Assembly: GCF_050632395.1 (NCBI RefSeq) | Contig: NZ_CP192600.1 | Coordinates: forward strand, 450,424-514,423 | DNA length: 64,000 bases | Source: Tabrizicola sp. BL-A-41-H6 | GTDB taxonomy: Bacteria; Pseudomonadota; Alphaproteobacteria; Rhodobacterales; Rhodobacteraceae | Direction of reading: 5' to 3' | Shown here: positions 17,962-27,254 of the stretch, piece after piece | Layout of the letters: each line of letters opens with the position of its first letter | How positions within the stretch are numbered: the stretch's first letter is position 1 | Notes under the pieces: model-generated | Database searches by the model: none | Seen by the model: only the letters and a program-made list of their open reading frames with translations | What the model was told of the DNA's origin: nothing | Position numbers and translations under genes: made by a program

Positions 17962-20046
17962 TCAGCCCCCCAGCAAGAGCCTGGTTTCATATGATTTCAG
18001 GGCGGCGCGGCTGGATGGGTAGGTCTGGTGTTCGCCAAGGTCAGGGAACAGCTGAATAAGCTCATCGCGTTGGGCGCGGTCCAGGGCAGACAGCGTGCGG
18101 CCGCCGGGCTGGAAGCTTTCGCTCCACAGCCCGTGGGTGCGGACGATCTGATGGGTCTCGAACATGATATGGACGTAGCCGGTCGGTGCAAGAAGCTGGC
18201 GGATGCCAGGCAGGCCGACGAAATGCATGGCAGGGGCCAGCAGTTCGGGCTCGCCGAAATACAGCTCGCAGCGCGCTCCTGACAGCAGGATCCGATGCTG
18301 CGGTGAAAACGCGGTGTCGCGGTCTGGCATGCCTGGGCCAAGCGCGCCCGCCGTGATCATCACCGGCCGAAGGTGCGCATTCAGCACAAGGTCGGCCAGC
18401 GTCAGATCGCGCCGGCCGACCCAGCGTACCGGCTGCGGACCCATGTCGCGCGTCAGCACCAGATCGCCGGGCCGCAGATCCTCGACCGGCACAGGGCCGT
18501 CGGGCGTGTCGACAAGCGTGCCCAGGGTAAAGCAGGGGATCACGTTTTCGATATCGGTGAAGGCAAGCGTGCCGACCACAGCGCCAAGCGCATCGTAAAA
18601 CGTGACCGTGCCGTTTTCTCTGTTCATCGGGTCATATACGATATCGGTGCGTGACCACCCATAGCCGCCAAGGTCCAGCGTGTCGAAATCGCCAAGGCTG
18701 TCAGTGCCGCCGTTGACGACTTCGCCGAAGGCGGCATCGCCGTCGGCCATGAAGATGTAATCGTTGCCGCTGTCGCCGAACACAGTGTCGACGCCGGCTC
18801 CGCCTTGCAGCGTGTCGTTGCCAAGCCCGCCGTTCAGACTGTCGTTTCCGATGTTGCCGAAAAGCGTGTCGTTGCCTGCATCGCCAAGAAGGATGTCTGC
18901 GCCAGCCCCGCCATCAAGCTGGTCGTTTTCGGTTCCGCCCTCAAGGCGGTCATTGTCATCGCCGCCGAACAGCGTGTCGTTGCCGGCGCCGCCCAGCAGG
19001 GTGTCGGCGCCAGCCTCGCCCGACAAACTGTCACCTTCGGTGCCGCCACTCAGCTGGTCATTGCCAATGCCACCCAAAAGCGTGTCCGTGCCTGCGCCGC
19101 CGACAAGGATATCGTCACCCGCATCGCCGCTCAGCTGGTCATTGTCGTTGCCGCCATCCAGTTGATCGTTGTCGTCGCCGCCCGACAGGGTGTCATTGCC
19201 GGCGTCGCCCAGAAGCGTGTCAGCGCCGGTACCGCCCGACAGCACATCGTTGCCATCGCCACCTTCAAGCCGGTCGGCCCCGGCGTCACCTTGAATCAAA
19301 TCGTTATCGGCACCGCCGAACAGCCGGTCATTGCCGCCTCCACCGAGGATCGTATCGTTGCCAGCGTCGCCAAGGATGCTGTCGGCCCCGTCGACATGAC
19401 CCGAGGCAAGCGGAGGTGTGGTGATCAGGGGCGAGGTTGCAAGATCGGCTGTTCCGGTTATTCCGGGGCCGGCTATCGTGGCGCTGAACGCCGTTTGGCC
19501 AAGATTTTCCCAGTAGTAAAGTTCGACGGAATAGGTCTGGCCAGCCGTCAGACTGACCGTTCCGGTCCGTGCGGTGGCGACCTGGTGGAAATCGTTGTTC
19601 AGGTTGAAGACGATGTTTCCGGCCGCGTCGCGGATGATGATCCGCGATCCGTCATCGGAGGTCGTGCCGAACGTGTAGCTTCCGGTCGAGGTGATGGCGA
19701 CGTTTGACCGATAAACCACGCCAAAGTCATCGCGGTTCGTCGTCGCGCTGGTGCCACCCAGCGTGTTGCGCAGCGCCAGAACGCTAAAATCGTCGACGTA
19801 TCCAGTGCCGACCAGCGCACCCGAGGTGATGAATTGGGTCTGGTTGCTGGCCGAGGTGAAGTCGCGCGTGTAGACGTTGTATTGCCACTGTCCGGCCAGC
19901 GGTGCGTCACCGGAAAGAACGTCGTTGCCCGCGCCGCCGATGATTGTGTCGTTGCCGCCACCACCGCTAAGGCTATCGGTGGTCGCGGTGCCGGTCAGCG
20001 TCTGGTTACCGGCGGTCGCCGGCGTGGTGCTGCTGTTCTCGGCCAT
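17962..20046 (-). CDS. Multidomain protein: N-terminal RTX nonapeptides, PA14-like domain, about 20 RTX GGxGxD repeats, C-terminal Hint (Hint_2/BIL-type) domain
   Basis: PA14-like stretch ...GSYTFGTTSDDGSRIIIRDAAGNIVFN...GQTYSVELYYWENLG. Long run of GGAGNDTL-type nonapeptides. Hint block starting CFTLGTLVDTPDGPVPVEDLRPGDLV...SPQHRIL...THGLWSESFQPG. Start at ATG 20046. Confidence 0.85.
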   Translation of the reverse strand: MAENSSTTPATAGNQTLTGTATTDSLSGGGGNDTIIGGAGNDVLSGDAPLAGQWQYNVYTRDFTSASNQTQFITSGALVGTGYVDDFSVLALRNTLGGTSATTNRDDFGVVYRSNVAITSTGSYTFGTTSDDGSRIIIRDAAGNIVFNLNNDFHQVATARTGTVSLTAGQTYSVELYYWENLGQTAFSATIAGPGITGTADLATSPLITTPPLASGHVDGADSILGDAGNDTILGGGGNDRLFGGADNDLIQGDAGADRLEGGDGNDVLSGGTGADTLLGDAGNDTLSGGDDNDQLDGGNDNDQLSGDAGDDILVGGAGTDTLLGGIGNDQLSGGTEGDSLSGEAGADTLLGGAGNDTLFGGDDNDRLEGGTENDQLDGGAGADILLGDAGNDTLFGNIGNDSLNGGLGNDTLQGGAGVDTVFGDSGNDYIFMADGDAAFGEVVNGGTDSLGDFDTLDLGGYGWSRTDIVYDPMNRENGTVTFYDALGAVVGTLAFTDIENVIPCFTLGTLVDTPDGPVPVEDLRPGDLVLTRDMGPQPVRWVGRRDLTLADLVLNAHLRPVMITAGALGPGMPDRDTAFSPQHRILLSGARCELYFGEPELLAPAMHFVGLPGIRQLLAPTGYVHIMFETHQIVRTHGLWSESFQPGGRTLSALDRAQRDELIQLFPDLGEHQTYPSSRAALKSYETRLLLGG
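18750..19380 (-). repeat. Coding tandem 27-nt periodicity (RTX nonapeptide array)
   Basis: Repeated GxxGxDxL/I codon blocks visible as GTCGTTGCC/GTCATTGCC recurrences on the plus strand. Confidence 0.8.
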
Positions 20047-20167
20047 CGTTACCAACCCTTGATTGCACTTTACCCGGCTCCGCATAATGCAAACGGGCGT
20101 GCCCGGTCACGTGAAAGTTCGCCTTGGCATGGCTTTTCGGGCTCAGTGGTGCCGGATGTGAACGGCC

Positions 20168-21292
20168 TCAGGCGATGCGCCTGCCGTCCCGCCAGACGGC
20201 TTGCAAAGACCAGTCCTCGCCCAGATGGACCATGTCGGCCTTCCTGCCGGGCAGCAGATGGCCGACGTCGTGCTCCCGCCGCAAACACGCGGCGGGCCGC
20301 GAGGTGGCCATCGCCAGCGCCGTAGCAGGCTCAACGCCGGCCTCGGTCACTATCACCTTCAGGGCTTGCGGTAGGCTCAGGTCGGCACCGGCAAGGGTGC
20401 CGTCCTCCAGCGTCAGCCGTCCGTCGCGGCGCAGGATGCGGCGGCCGCCAAGGGTGAACTCCGTCGCGTCAGATCCGGCGGCGGCCATTGCGTCGGATAC
20501 CAGAAAGATGCCCTCCGGCTTGGCCGCCATCGCCACCCGGATGGCAACCGGATCGACATGGATGCCGTCCGCAATCAGCCCGGCGAAGATGTCACTGCTC
20601 AGGACAGCCCCAACCAGCCCGGGCTCGCGGTTCTGCAACCCGCTCATCGCGTTGAAAAGGTGGGTGGCGCAACCGGCCCCCGCCGCAATCGCCGCAAGCG
20701 CGGGCTTGCAGCCGGTATCGCTGTGGCCAAGCGACACGATCACCCCAGCCGCGCGCAACCGGGCGATCTGCTCCAGCGTCACCGCCTCCGGCGCCACCGT
20801 CACCATCAGCGAGGGCAGCGCACGGGCCGCGTCCAGCAGCATCGCCAGATCGCCGTCATCCATCGGCCGGATCAGCCGGGCGTCATGCGCCCCCTTGCGG
20901 CGCGGGTCCAGATGCGGGCCTTCCAGATGCAATCCAAGAAACCCCGGCACTCCCTCACGCGCGGCGGCAATCCCCGCAGCGATCACCGCCTGCGTGGCAG
21001 CCTTGGTATCTGTGATCAGCGTCGGCAGGATGCCCGTCGCGCCCAACCGCGCATGCACCGCGCAAACCTCGCGGATCCTCGCCACATCGGCGGCCGCGTC
21101 GATCATCCGCCCGCCGCCGCCGTTCACCTGCAGGTCCAGCAGCCCCGGCGCAAGGATACCACCGGCCAGCATCACCGTCTCGGCTGGCCCCTCGCTTTCT
21201 GCAACCCGACCCTCCGCCACCCTCAGGCTCGCCCCCTGATGCAGATGCGTGCCGTCGAATACCGCCGCGCCGGTGAACCGAACCGCCATCAT
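20168..21292 (-). CDS. nagA: N-acetylglucosamine-6-phosphate deacetylase
   Basis: GLLDLQVNGGGG...HLEGPHL...SLGHSD...THLFNAMS...DGIHV, the amidohydrolase NagA motifs. Confidence 0.92.
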   Translation of the reverse strand: MMAVRFTGAAVFDGTHLHQGASLRVAEGRVAESEGPAETVMLAGGILAPGLLDLQVNGGGGRMIDAAADVARIREVCAVHARLGATGILPTLITDTKAATQAVIAAGIAAAREGVPGFLGLHLEGPHLDPRRKGAHDARLIRPMDDGDLAMLLDAARALPSLMVTVAPEAVTLEQIARLRAAGVIVSLGHSDTGCKPALAAIAAGAGCATHLFNAMSGLQNREPGLVGAVLSSDIFAGLIADGIHVDPVAIRVAMAAKPEGIFLVSDAMAAAGSDATEFTLGGRRILRRDGRLTLEDGTLAGADLSLPQALKVIVTEAGVEPATALAMATSRPAACLRREHDVGHLLPGRKADMVHLGEDWSLQAVWRDGRRIA

Positions 21293-22314
21293 ACGGTCTC
21301 CGTCACCTTGCGCAGATGCGGCGGCACGTCCGGGTCATAGCCACGCCGCCGCGCCAAAGCCTCGATGAAGGCATAAAACCCCACGCTCAGGGTCAGGGGC
21401 GCCAACAGCGGGTGCAGACCGCCGACCGATGGCAGGCTGACGGCCCCCGCCGCCTCGCCCCCGGTCAGGAACACATCGGCCCCCTGCGCGGCCAGTCGCG
21501 CCGCCGTCGCCTCCAACTGCGGCAGGGCCGCGTCCGCGACCCCCAGCGCCAGTACCGGAAACTGCGCCTGCACGATGGCCGAAGGGCCGTGCAGCACCTC
21601 TGCCGCCGAAAAGCTTTCCGCGTGTAGCCCGCAGGTTTCCTTGAACTTCAGCGCCGCCTCGCTGGCGATGGCAAAGGCCGGACCGCGCCCCAGCACATAC
21701 AGCGACTGCGCCCGCGACAGCCGCGCCGCCAGCGGCGACCAGTCCAGCGCCAGCGCCTGTGCAAAAGCCTCCGGCGCCCCGGCCACCGCAGCCCGCAAGT
21801 CCGCATCCTCCTGCCACTCGGCCAAAAGCGCCAACCCCGCCAGAACCGAGGTCACGAAGGTCTTGGTCGCGGCAACGCTGTGCTCGGTCCCTGCCTGCAA
21901 CGGCAGGCACGCTGCCGAGGCCTGCGCCATCGGGCTGTCGGCATGGTTGGTGATCGCGATGGTCAAGGCCCCGCCCGCCGCTGCCGCCCGGATCATCTCG
22001 ACGATGTCGGGGCTTTGGCCCGACTGCGAAATGCCGATGCAGGCCGCCTTGCCCAGCTTCAGGGGCCGGCGGTAGATCGACGCGATCGACGGCCCGACCG
22101 ACGCGACCGGCACCCCGGCCAGAAGTTCGACCGCATATTTCAGATAGGTCGCTGCATGATCCGACGATCCGCGCGCCACCGTCACCAGCAGGGCCGGGTC
22201 TGCGGCCCGCATCGCGGCGGCGGCATGGGCCACCGCGTCAGCCGAGTGCGACAGGAACCGTGCGGCGGCCTGCGGAATCTCGGCCACCTCGCGTGCCATG
22301 TGCGATTGCGTCAT
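21289..22314 (-). CDS. SIS-domain sugar isomerase/deaminase (NagB-II/GlmS-isomerase-like)
   Basis: ARGSSDHAATYLKY...GISQSGQSPDIV, two SIS modules. 4-nt overlaps with both neighbours. Confidence 0.85.
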   Translation of the reverse strand: MTQSHMAREVAEIPQAAARFLSHSADAVAHAAAAMRAADPALLVTVARGSSDHAATYLKYAVELLAGVPVASVGPSIASIYRRPLKLGKAACIGISQSGQSPDIVEMIRAAAAGGALTIAITNHADSPMAQASAACLPLQAGTEHSVAATKTFVTSVLAGLALLAEWQEDADLRAAVAGAPEAFAQALALDWSPLAARLSRAQSLYVLGRGPAFAIASEAALKFKETCGLHAESFSAAEVLHGPSAIVQAQFPVLALGVADAALPQLEATAARLAAQGADVFLTGGEAAGAVSLPSVGGLHPLLAPLTLSVGFYAFIEALARRRGYDPDVPPHLRKVTETV

Positions 22315-23078
22315 CCGTTGGTCCTTTCACTGTCGGGCGAAAGCTTAAGCTCCACCGCAAAATCATAGGCATCGCCGCGGTAAAGCGACCTCGTGAACTC
22401 CACCACCCGGCCCGAGGGCAAATAGCCGATCCGCTCGATCTTCAGGCCTGCGGCGCCGGGCGTCACGCCCAGCAATTCGGCATCCCGCGCGCCAAGATTA
22501 GCCGCCGAAATCCGCTGAACCGCGCGCACCGGACGGTTGCCAGACGTCTCTAACAAGGCATAAAGCGAGGCATCCACTAGTTCCGGCCGGGGTACCACCT
22601 CGGCCGAAAGCGAGGCCCGCTCGATTGCCAGCGGCACCCCGTCAGACCGCCGCACCCGCTCCAGCCGCGCCACCCGGTCGCCTGCGCCAAGACCCAGCGC
22701 CATCACCTCTTCGGGCGAGGGGGAATGCAGCGCGCGGCTCAGCCAGACCGACTCCACCGATTTCCCGCGCCGCGCCATGTCTTCGGTGAACGAGGTCAGC
22801 AGCGACAGCGCCTGTTCCAGCCGCTCCACCCGTGCCGCGACAAAGGTGCCCGACCCGCGCCGCTGCACCAGTTGCCCCGATGTCACCAGCCCCTCGACCG
22901 CCTTCCTCACGGTGACGCGGCTCAAGCCTGTCATCGCGGCGATGTCGCGCTCGGCGGGCAGGCTGTTGCCGGGGGCCAGTCGGCCATCCTTCATCGCCTC
23001 GACGATGCGGCGTTGCAGTTGCAGGTACAGCGGCCCGCTTCCGGTCAGCGCGTCTGCCGAAAACACGGCCTCCATCAC
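22311..23078 (-). CDS. GntR/HutC-family transcriptional regulator (NagQ/NagR-like) with UTRA domain
   Basis: LPAERDIAAMTGLSRVTVRKAVEGLVTSGQLVQRRGSGTFV wHTH plus a C-terminal UTRA-like region, embedded in the nag operon. Confidence 0.9.
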   Translation of the reverse strand: MMEAVFSADALTGSGPLYLQLQRRIVEAMKDGRLAPGNSLPAERDIAAMTGLSRVTVRKAVEGLVTSGQLVQRRGSGTFVAARVERLEQALSLLTSFTEDMARRGKSVESVWLSRALHSPSPEEVMALGLGAGDRVARLERVRRSDGVPLAIERASLSAEVVPRPELVDASLYALLETSGNRPVRAVQRISAANLGARDAELLGVTPGAAGLKIERIGYLPSGRVVEFTRSLYRGDAYDFAVELKLSPDSERTNG

Positions 23079-23923
23079 GCCGCCTCCCGCGCAAGGATCA
23101 ACGCCCCGTCCAGCGCGCTTCCCAGCGCCGGCGTGATCTGCCAGCGCCCGCTAAACCGCGCGGCGTAACTTGCTCCCAGCCCGCCGATGAACACCACCGG
23201 CACCCGGCCATCGGCCTGCAACAGGTCGATCGCCGCCGCGACATCCGCGACCGCCGCCTCCACCACAGCCGTGGCCGCAGCGTCGGTCGATCCCAGGATG
23301 CGCGGTGCCAGCACCGCGAAATCTGCGGGTCGCGCCGCCAGCGAAAAGCCAACCACGCCTTCCGCTCCGCCATGATCGTCGATCAGCGTTTGCAGGAATG
23401 GTGTCATCGGCTCAAACCCGTCAACCGCGCGCAACGCCTTGGCCAGCACGCGCCGGCCCAGCCACGCACCGCTGCCCTCGTCGCCCAAGGCCAGCCCCCA
23501 ACCACCGATCTGCCGGATCGTGCCGCCGTCCTGACGCGCGAAAACCGATCCCGTGCCCAGCGCCGCCACGATCCCGTCGCCCTGCCGCAAGGCGCCCTTC
23601 ACCGCAGCGATGGCATCGGTTTCGACCCGCGTCCGCGCAAAGGGCAGGGCCAGCTTCAACCGCCCTGCAGCCCCTGCCGCATTCGCACCGGCCAACCCCA
23701 AGCCCGCCACCAGCCGCGCCTCCTCGGCCCCCGCCGAGGCGCTTCCGACTGCGGCCGCAAGCGCCTCCCGCGTTGCAACAAGAATGTTCAGCCGCGCGCC
23801 TTCGGGATCGCTGGCAATGTTGGCAGGCCCGGCGCTCCCTTCGCCCATGATCCGGCCCGCCGCATCCGCGACAGCAGCGCGGCAGCCTGTACCGCCGCCG
23901 TCTATGCCCAGAAACAAGATCAT
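23075..23923 (-). CDS. BadF/BadG/BcrA/BcrD-type ATPase, predicted GlcNAc (or MurNAc) kinase
   Basis: MILFLGIDGGGTGCRAAV...GTGS...GWGLALGDEGSGAWLG. GGAGGA lies upstream of ATG 23923. Confidence 0.83.
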   Translation of the reverse strand: MILFLGIDGGGTGCRAAVADAAGRIMGEGSAGPANIASDPEGARLNILVATREALAAAVGSASAGAEEARLVAGLGLAGANAAGAAGRLKLALPFARTRVETDAIAAVKGALRQGDGIVAALGTGSVFARQDGGTIRQIGGWGLALGDEGSGAWLGRRVLAKALRAVDGFEPMTPFLQTLIDDHGGAEGVVGFSLAARPADFAVLAPRILGSTDAAATAVVEAAVADVAAAIDLLQADGRVPVVFIGGLGASYAARFSGRWQITPALGSALDGALILAREAA

Positions 23924-23943
23924 TCCGAATCCTCCGATGTAAC

Positions 23944-23977
23944 GATACCAAAAGAATACCATTTGGAAAGTGGTATG
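23944..23977. promoter_or_regulatory. Candidate GntR (NagQ-type) operator: GATACCA-N4-AATACCA plus inverted TGGTATG
   Basis: Heptamers read at 23944-50, 23955-61 and 23971-77, 21-54 nt upstream of the kinase ATG. Confidence 0.5.
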
Positions 23978-24033
23978 TTGCGAGTCGTGTATTTACCGCG
24001 CCAAACGCCGTTTGGAAGAAGATGCTTTACAAG

Positions 24034-24051
24034 TGGTATTATTTTGGCATT
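24034..24051. promoter_or_regulatory. Candidate GntR (NagQ-type) operator: TGGTATT-N4-TGGCATT
   Basis: Heptamers at 24034-40 and 24045-51, 25-42 nt upstream of the murQ ATG. This mirrors the arrangement of the site on the other side of the divergent region. Confidence 0.5.
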
Positions 24052-24075
24052 GTCATGAGCAGCAGGAGGAATCAC

Positions 24076-24966
24076 ATGGCCGACCGCCCGACTGAGGCGC
24101 CGCATCCATCGTCCCACGGGTTGCACGCGGTCGCGGCTGGCGTGGCCCTGTCGCGGCTTCTGGCCGCACAAGAGGCCGCGCTGCACGCCGTGCGCCCGGC
24201 CCTCGGAGCGATCGAGGCCGCAGCTGAGGCTTGCGGCACCGCGCTGCGCAACGGCGGTCGCATGGGCTATGCCGGGGCCGGGTCGTCCGGCCTCATGGCG
24301 CTGGCCGATTGCCTTGAACTGGCTGGCACCTTCGGGATCATGCCGCCGCAGACGCCGATGATGTTTGCAGGCGGGGCGCAGGCGCTGTTGCACATGACCG
24401 GCGCGGTCGAGGATGACCCAGCTCTTGCACAAGCCGACTTTGCCGCCTCCCGCATCGGTGCGGGCGATGTGGTGATCTGTGTGTCGGCCTCAGGATCGAC
24501 ACCCTACACGATGGAAATCGTGCGCGCCGCGCAGGCCGTCGGGGCAAGTGTGGTGGGCGTTGCCAATGTGCCCGGCTCGCCCCTGCTGAAGGCTGCCAAC
24601 ATTCCGGTGCTTCTCGACACCGGGCCAGAGGTGGTTGCCGGCTCCACCCGGATGGGTGCGGGGACGGCGCAGAAAGTTGCTCTCAACATGCTGTCGGTGC
24701 TGGTAGGCATCCGGCTTGGACACGTGCATGATGGCTACATGGTCAACGTGATCGCCGACAACGCCAAACTTGCCGACCGCGCCGCCCGGATAGTGGGCGC
24801 CATCGCGGGCGTCGATCGTGACGCGGCTGCGGCGGCACTTGCCCGCGCGGGCGGTGGCGTCAAGCCTGCAATCCTTGTTGCCAAGGGGGCCGATCCGAAG
24901 GCCGCGCGCGCGGCCCTTGCCGCATCGGGCGGGCATCTTGGCCCGGCCTTTCTGACACACGACTGA
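24076..24966 (+). CDS. murQ: N-acetylmuramic acid 6-phosphate etherase
   Basis: SIS fold with GRMGYAGAGSSGLMA...SASGSTPY...VVAGSTRMGAGTAQKVALNMLS. AGGAGGA lies upstream of ATG 24076. Confidence 0.9.
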   Translation: MADRPTEAPHPSSHGLHAVAAGVALSRLLAAQEAALHAVRPALGAIEAAAEACGTALRNGGRMGYAGAGSSGLMALADCLELAGTFGIMPPQTPMMFAGGAQALLHMTGAVEDDPALAQADFAASRIGAGDVVICVSASGSTPYTMEIVRAAQAVGASVVGVANVPGSPLLKAANIPVLLDTGPEVVAGSTRMGAGTAQKVALNMLSVLVGIRLGHVHDGYMVNVIADNAKLADRAARIVGAIAGVDRDAAAAALARAGGGVKPAILVAKGADPKAARAALAASGGHLGPAFLTHD

Positions 24967-25005
24967 AAACCAATCGGGCACAGCCCGCATAACAGGGAGA
25001 CTGCA

Positions 25006-26256
25006 ATGACCAATACCTTCCGTTTCGCCCTTCTGGCCAGCACGCTGCTGGGTGGCATGGCCTCGGCCCAGGACGTCACGCTGACCATCGAAAGCTGGCG
25101 CAACGACGACCTTACCATCTGGCAGGACACCATCATCCCGGCGTTCGAAGCCGCCAATCCCGGCATCAAGGTCGTGTTCGCCCCGACCGCGCCGGCGGAA
25201 TACAACGCTGCGCTGAACTCCAAGCTTGATGCGGGTTCTGCGGGCGATCTGATCACCTGCCGCCCGTTCGACGCCTCGCTCGCGCTCTATCAGGCCGGGC
25301 ATCTGGCCGACCTGTCGGGCCTTGCCTCGATGGCCAACTTCTCGCCCGTCGCAAAGTCCGCCTGGCAGACCGATGACGGCGCAGCCACCTTCTGCGTGCC
25401 GATGGCCTCGGTGATCCACGGCTTCATCTACAACAAGGACGCCTTCGACGCGCTTGGCATCAGTGTGCCGACGACGAACGCCGAATTCTACGCGGCGCTC
25501 GACAAGATCAAGGCCGATGGCACCTACATCCCGATGGCGATGGGCACCAACGACCAGTGGGAAGCCGCGACGATGGGCTACAACAACATCGGACCGAACT
25601 TCTGGAAGGGCGAGGAAGGCCGCCTTGCGCTGATCAAGGGCGAACAGAAGCTGACGGACGAGCCTTGGGTTGCGCCGTTCCGCGAACTGGCAAAGTGGAA
25701 GGATTACCTCGGCGACGGCTTCGAAGCACAGACCTACCCCGACAGCCAGAACCTCTTCACCCTCGGCCGCGCCGCAATCTATCCGGCTGGTTCGTGGGAA
25801 ATCAGTGGCTTCAACACCCAGGCCACCTTCAAGATGGGTGCCTTCCCGCCGCCGGTGCAGGCCGCGGGCGACACCTGCTACATTTCGGACCACACCGACA
25901 TCGCGATCGGCATGAATGCGAAATCTCCGAACGCCGAACAGGCCAAGGTGTTCCTGGAATGGGTCGGTTCGCCGGAGTTTGCCACGCTTTACGCGAACGC
26001 CCTGCCCGGTTTCTTCAGCCTGAACTCCACCCCGGTCGAAATGCAGGATCCGCTGGCGCAGGAATTCGTGTCGTGGCGCGGCAAGTGCCAGTCGACGATC
26101 CGGTCCACCTACCAGATCCTGTCGCGCGGCACGCCGAACCTTGAAAACGAAACGTGGAACGCGTCGGCCAACGTGATCAAGGGCACCGAGACGCCGGAAG
26201 CTGCGGCCAAGCGCCTGCAGGAAGGCCTCGCCTCCTGGTACGAACCGCAGAAGTGA
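25006..26256 (+). CDS. ABC transporter substrate-binding protein (family 1, sugar)
   Basis: Signal peptide MTNTFRFALLASTLLGGMASAQD. 416 aa of typical sugar-SBP size and context. Confidence 0.88.
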   Translation: MTNTFRFALLASTLLGGMASAQDVTLTIESWRNDDLTIWQDTIIPAFEAANPGIKVVFAPTAPAEYNAALNSKLDAGSAGDLITCRPFDASLALYQAGHLADLSGLASMANFSPVAKSAWQTDDGAATFCVPMASVIHGFIYNKDAFDALGISVPTTNAEFYAALDKIKADGTYIPMAMGTNDQWEAATMGYNNIGPNFWKGEEGRLALIKGEQKLTDEPWVAPFRELAKWKDYLGDGFEAQTYPDSQNLFTLGRAAIYPAGSWEISGFNTQATFKMGAFPPPVQAAGDTCYISDHTDIAIGMNAKSPNAEQAKVFLEWVGSPEFATLYANALPGFFSLNSTPVEMQDPLAQEFVSWRGKCQSTIRSTYQILSRGTPNLENETWNASANVIKGTETPEAAAKRLQEGLASWYEPQK

Positions 26257-26271
26257 CCTGACCCGTCGGAA

Positions 26272-26295
26272 CCGGGGGGCTTGCGCGCCCCCCGG
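26272..26295 (+). other. GC-rich intercistronic stem-loop after the SBP gene
   Basis: CCGGGGGGC-TTGCGC-GCCCCCCGG with no T-tract. Consistent with a 3'-stabilising or attenuating hairpin giving SBP excess over the permeases. Confidence 0.45.
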
Positions 26296-26336
26296 ACCCC
26301 CGCGGGATATTTTTCGACAGATGAAAGGGGAGGGAC

Positions 26337-27254
26337 ATGGCTTTCAGAAAGCCCGTGCGCTGGCACATCGCCGTGTTTCTGGCCCCGGCGGTGCTGGTCT
26401 ATACCGCGCTGATGATCGTGCCCCTGTTCGGCACCCTGAACCTTTCCCTGTTCAACAAGGACGGCGACGTGCGCGTCTTCGTCGGCCTTGCGAACTTTGC
26501 CACGCTCTTTGGTGACCCGCGCTGGTCGGACCAGTTCTGGAACGCGCTAGGCAACAACGCGTGGTTCTTCCTCATTCACATGCTGGTGCAGAACCCGGTC
26601 GGTATCGCGCTGGCGGCGATCCTGTCGACGCCAAAGTTGCGCATGGCCGCCTTCTACCGCACCGCGATCTTCATCCCGACGATCCTGAGTTTCGTGATCG
26701 TGGGCTTCGTCTGGAAGCTGATCCTTAGCCCAATCTGGGGCATCGCGCCCGGAATGCTAGATTTCATCGGTCTGAAAAGCCTGTTCGCGCCCTGGCTTGG
26801 CAAGGAAGAATATGCGCTTACCGCACTCGCCCTGATCTCGGTCTGGCAGTTCATCGGCATCCCGATGATGCTGATCTATGCCGCCCTGCTTTCCATCCCC
26901 GACGAGGTGCTTGAGGCGGCCGAGATGGACGGGATCACCGGCTGGTCGCAGTTCTGGAAGATCAAGCTGCCGCTGATCCTGCCCGCCATCGGCATCATCT
27001 CGATCCTGACATTCGTGGGCAACTTCAATGCCTTCGACCTGATCTACGTGGCGCAAGGCGCGCTGGCGGGGCCGGATTTCAGCACGGATATCCTTGGCAC
27101 CTTCCTCTACCGCACGTTCTTTGGCTTCCAGTTGCAACTCGGCGATCCCTACATGGGGTCCGCCATTGCGGGAGCGATGTTCGCGATCATCCTCCTAGGG
27201 GTCTGCGTCTACCTCTTCGGCATCCAGACCCGGCTCAGAAGGTATCAGTTCTGA
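26337..27254 (+). CDS. ABC transporter permease (MalF/UgpA-like)
   Basis: Six-TM pattern and EAA-loop region EAAEMDGITGWSQFWKIKLPL. Confidence 0.9.
   Translation: MAFRKPVRWHIAVFLAPAVLVYTALMIVPLFGTLNLSLFNKDGDVRVFVGLANFATLFGDPRWSDQFWNALGNNAWFFLIHMLVQNPVGIALAAILSTPKLRMAAFYRTAIFIPTILSFVIVGFVWKLILSPIWGIAPGMLDFIGLKSLFAPWLGKEEYALTALALISVWQFIGIPMMLIYAALLSIPDEVLEAAEMDGITGWSQFWKIKLPLILPAIGIISILTFVGNFNAFDLIYVAQGALAGPDFSTDILGTFLYRTFFGFQLQLGDPYMGSAIAGAMFAIILLGVCVYLFGIQTRLRRYQF

Noticed and set aside
18750-19380. Periodic repeats that might suggest a CRISPR or VNTR array. The GCCTCAGCCTCAGCCTCGGCCTCA run at about 30515-30540 is a similar case.
   Set aside because: Both are in-frame coding repeats (RTX nonapeptides and an EAEAEA acidic linker) with no spacer/repeat architecture.
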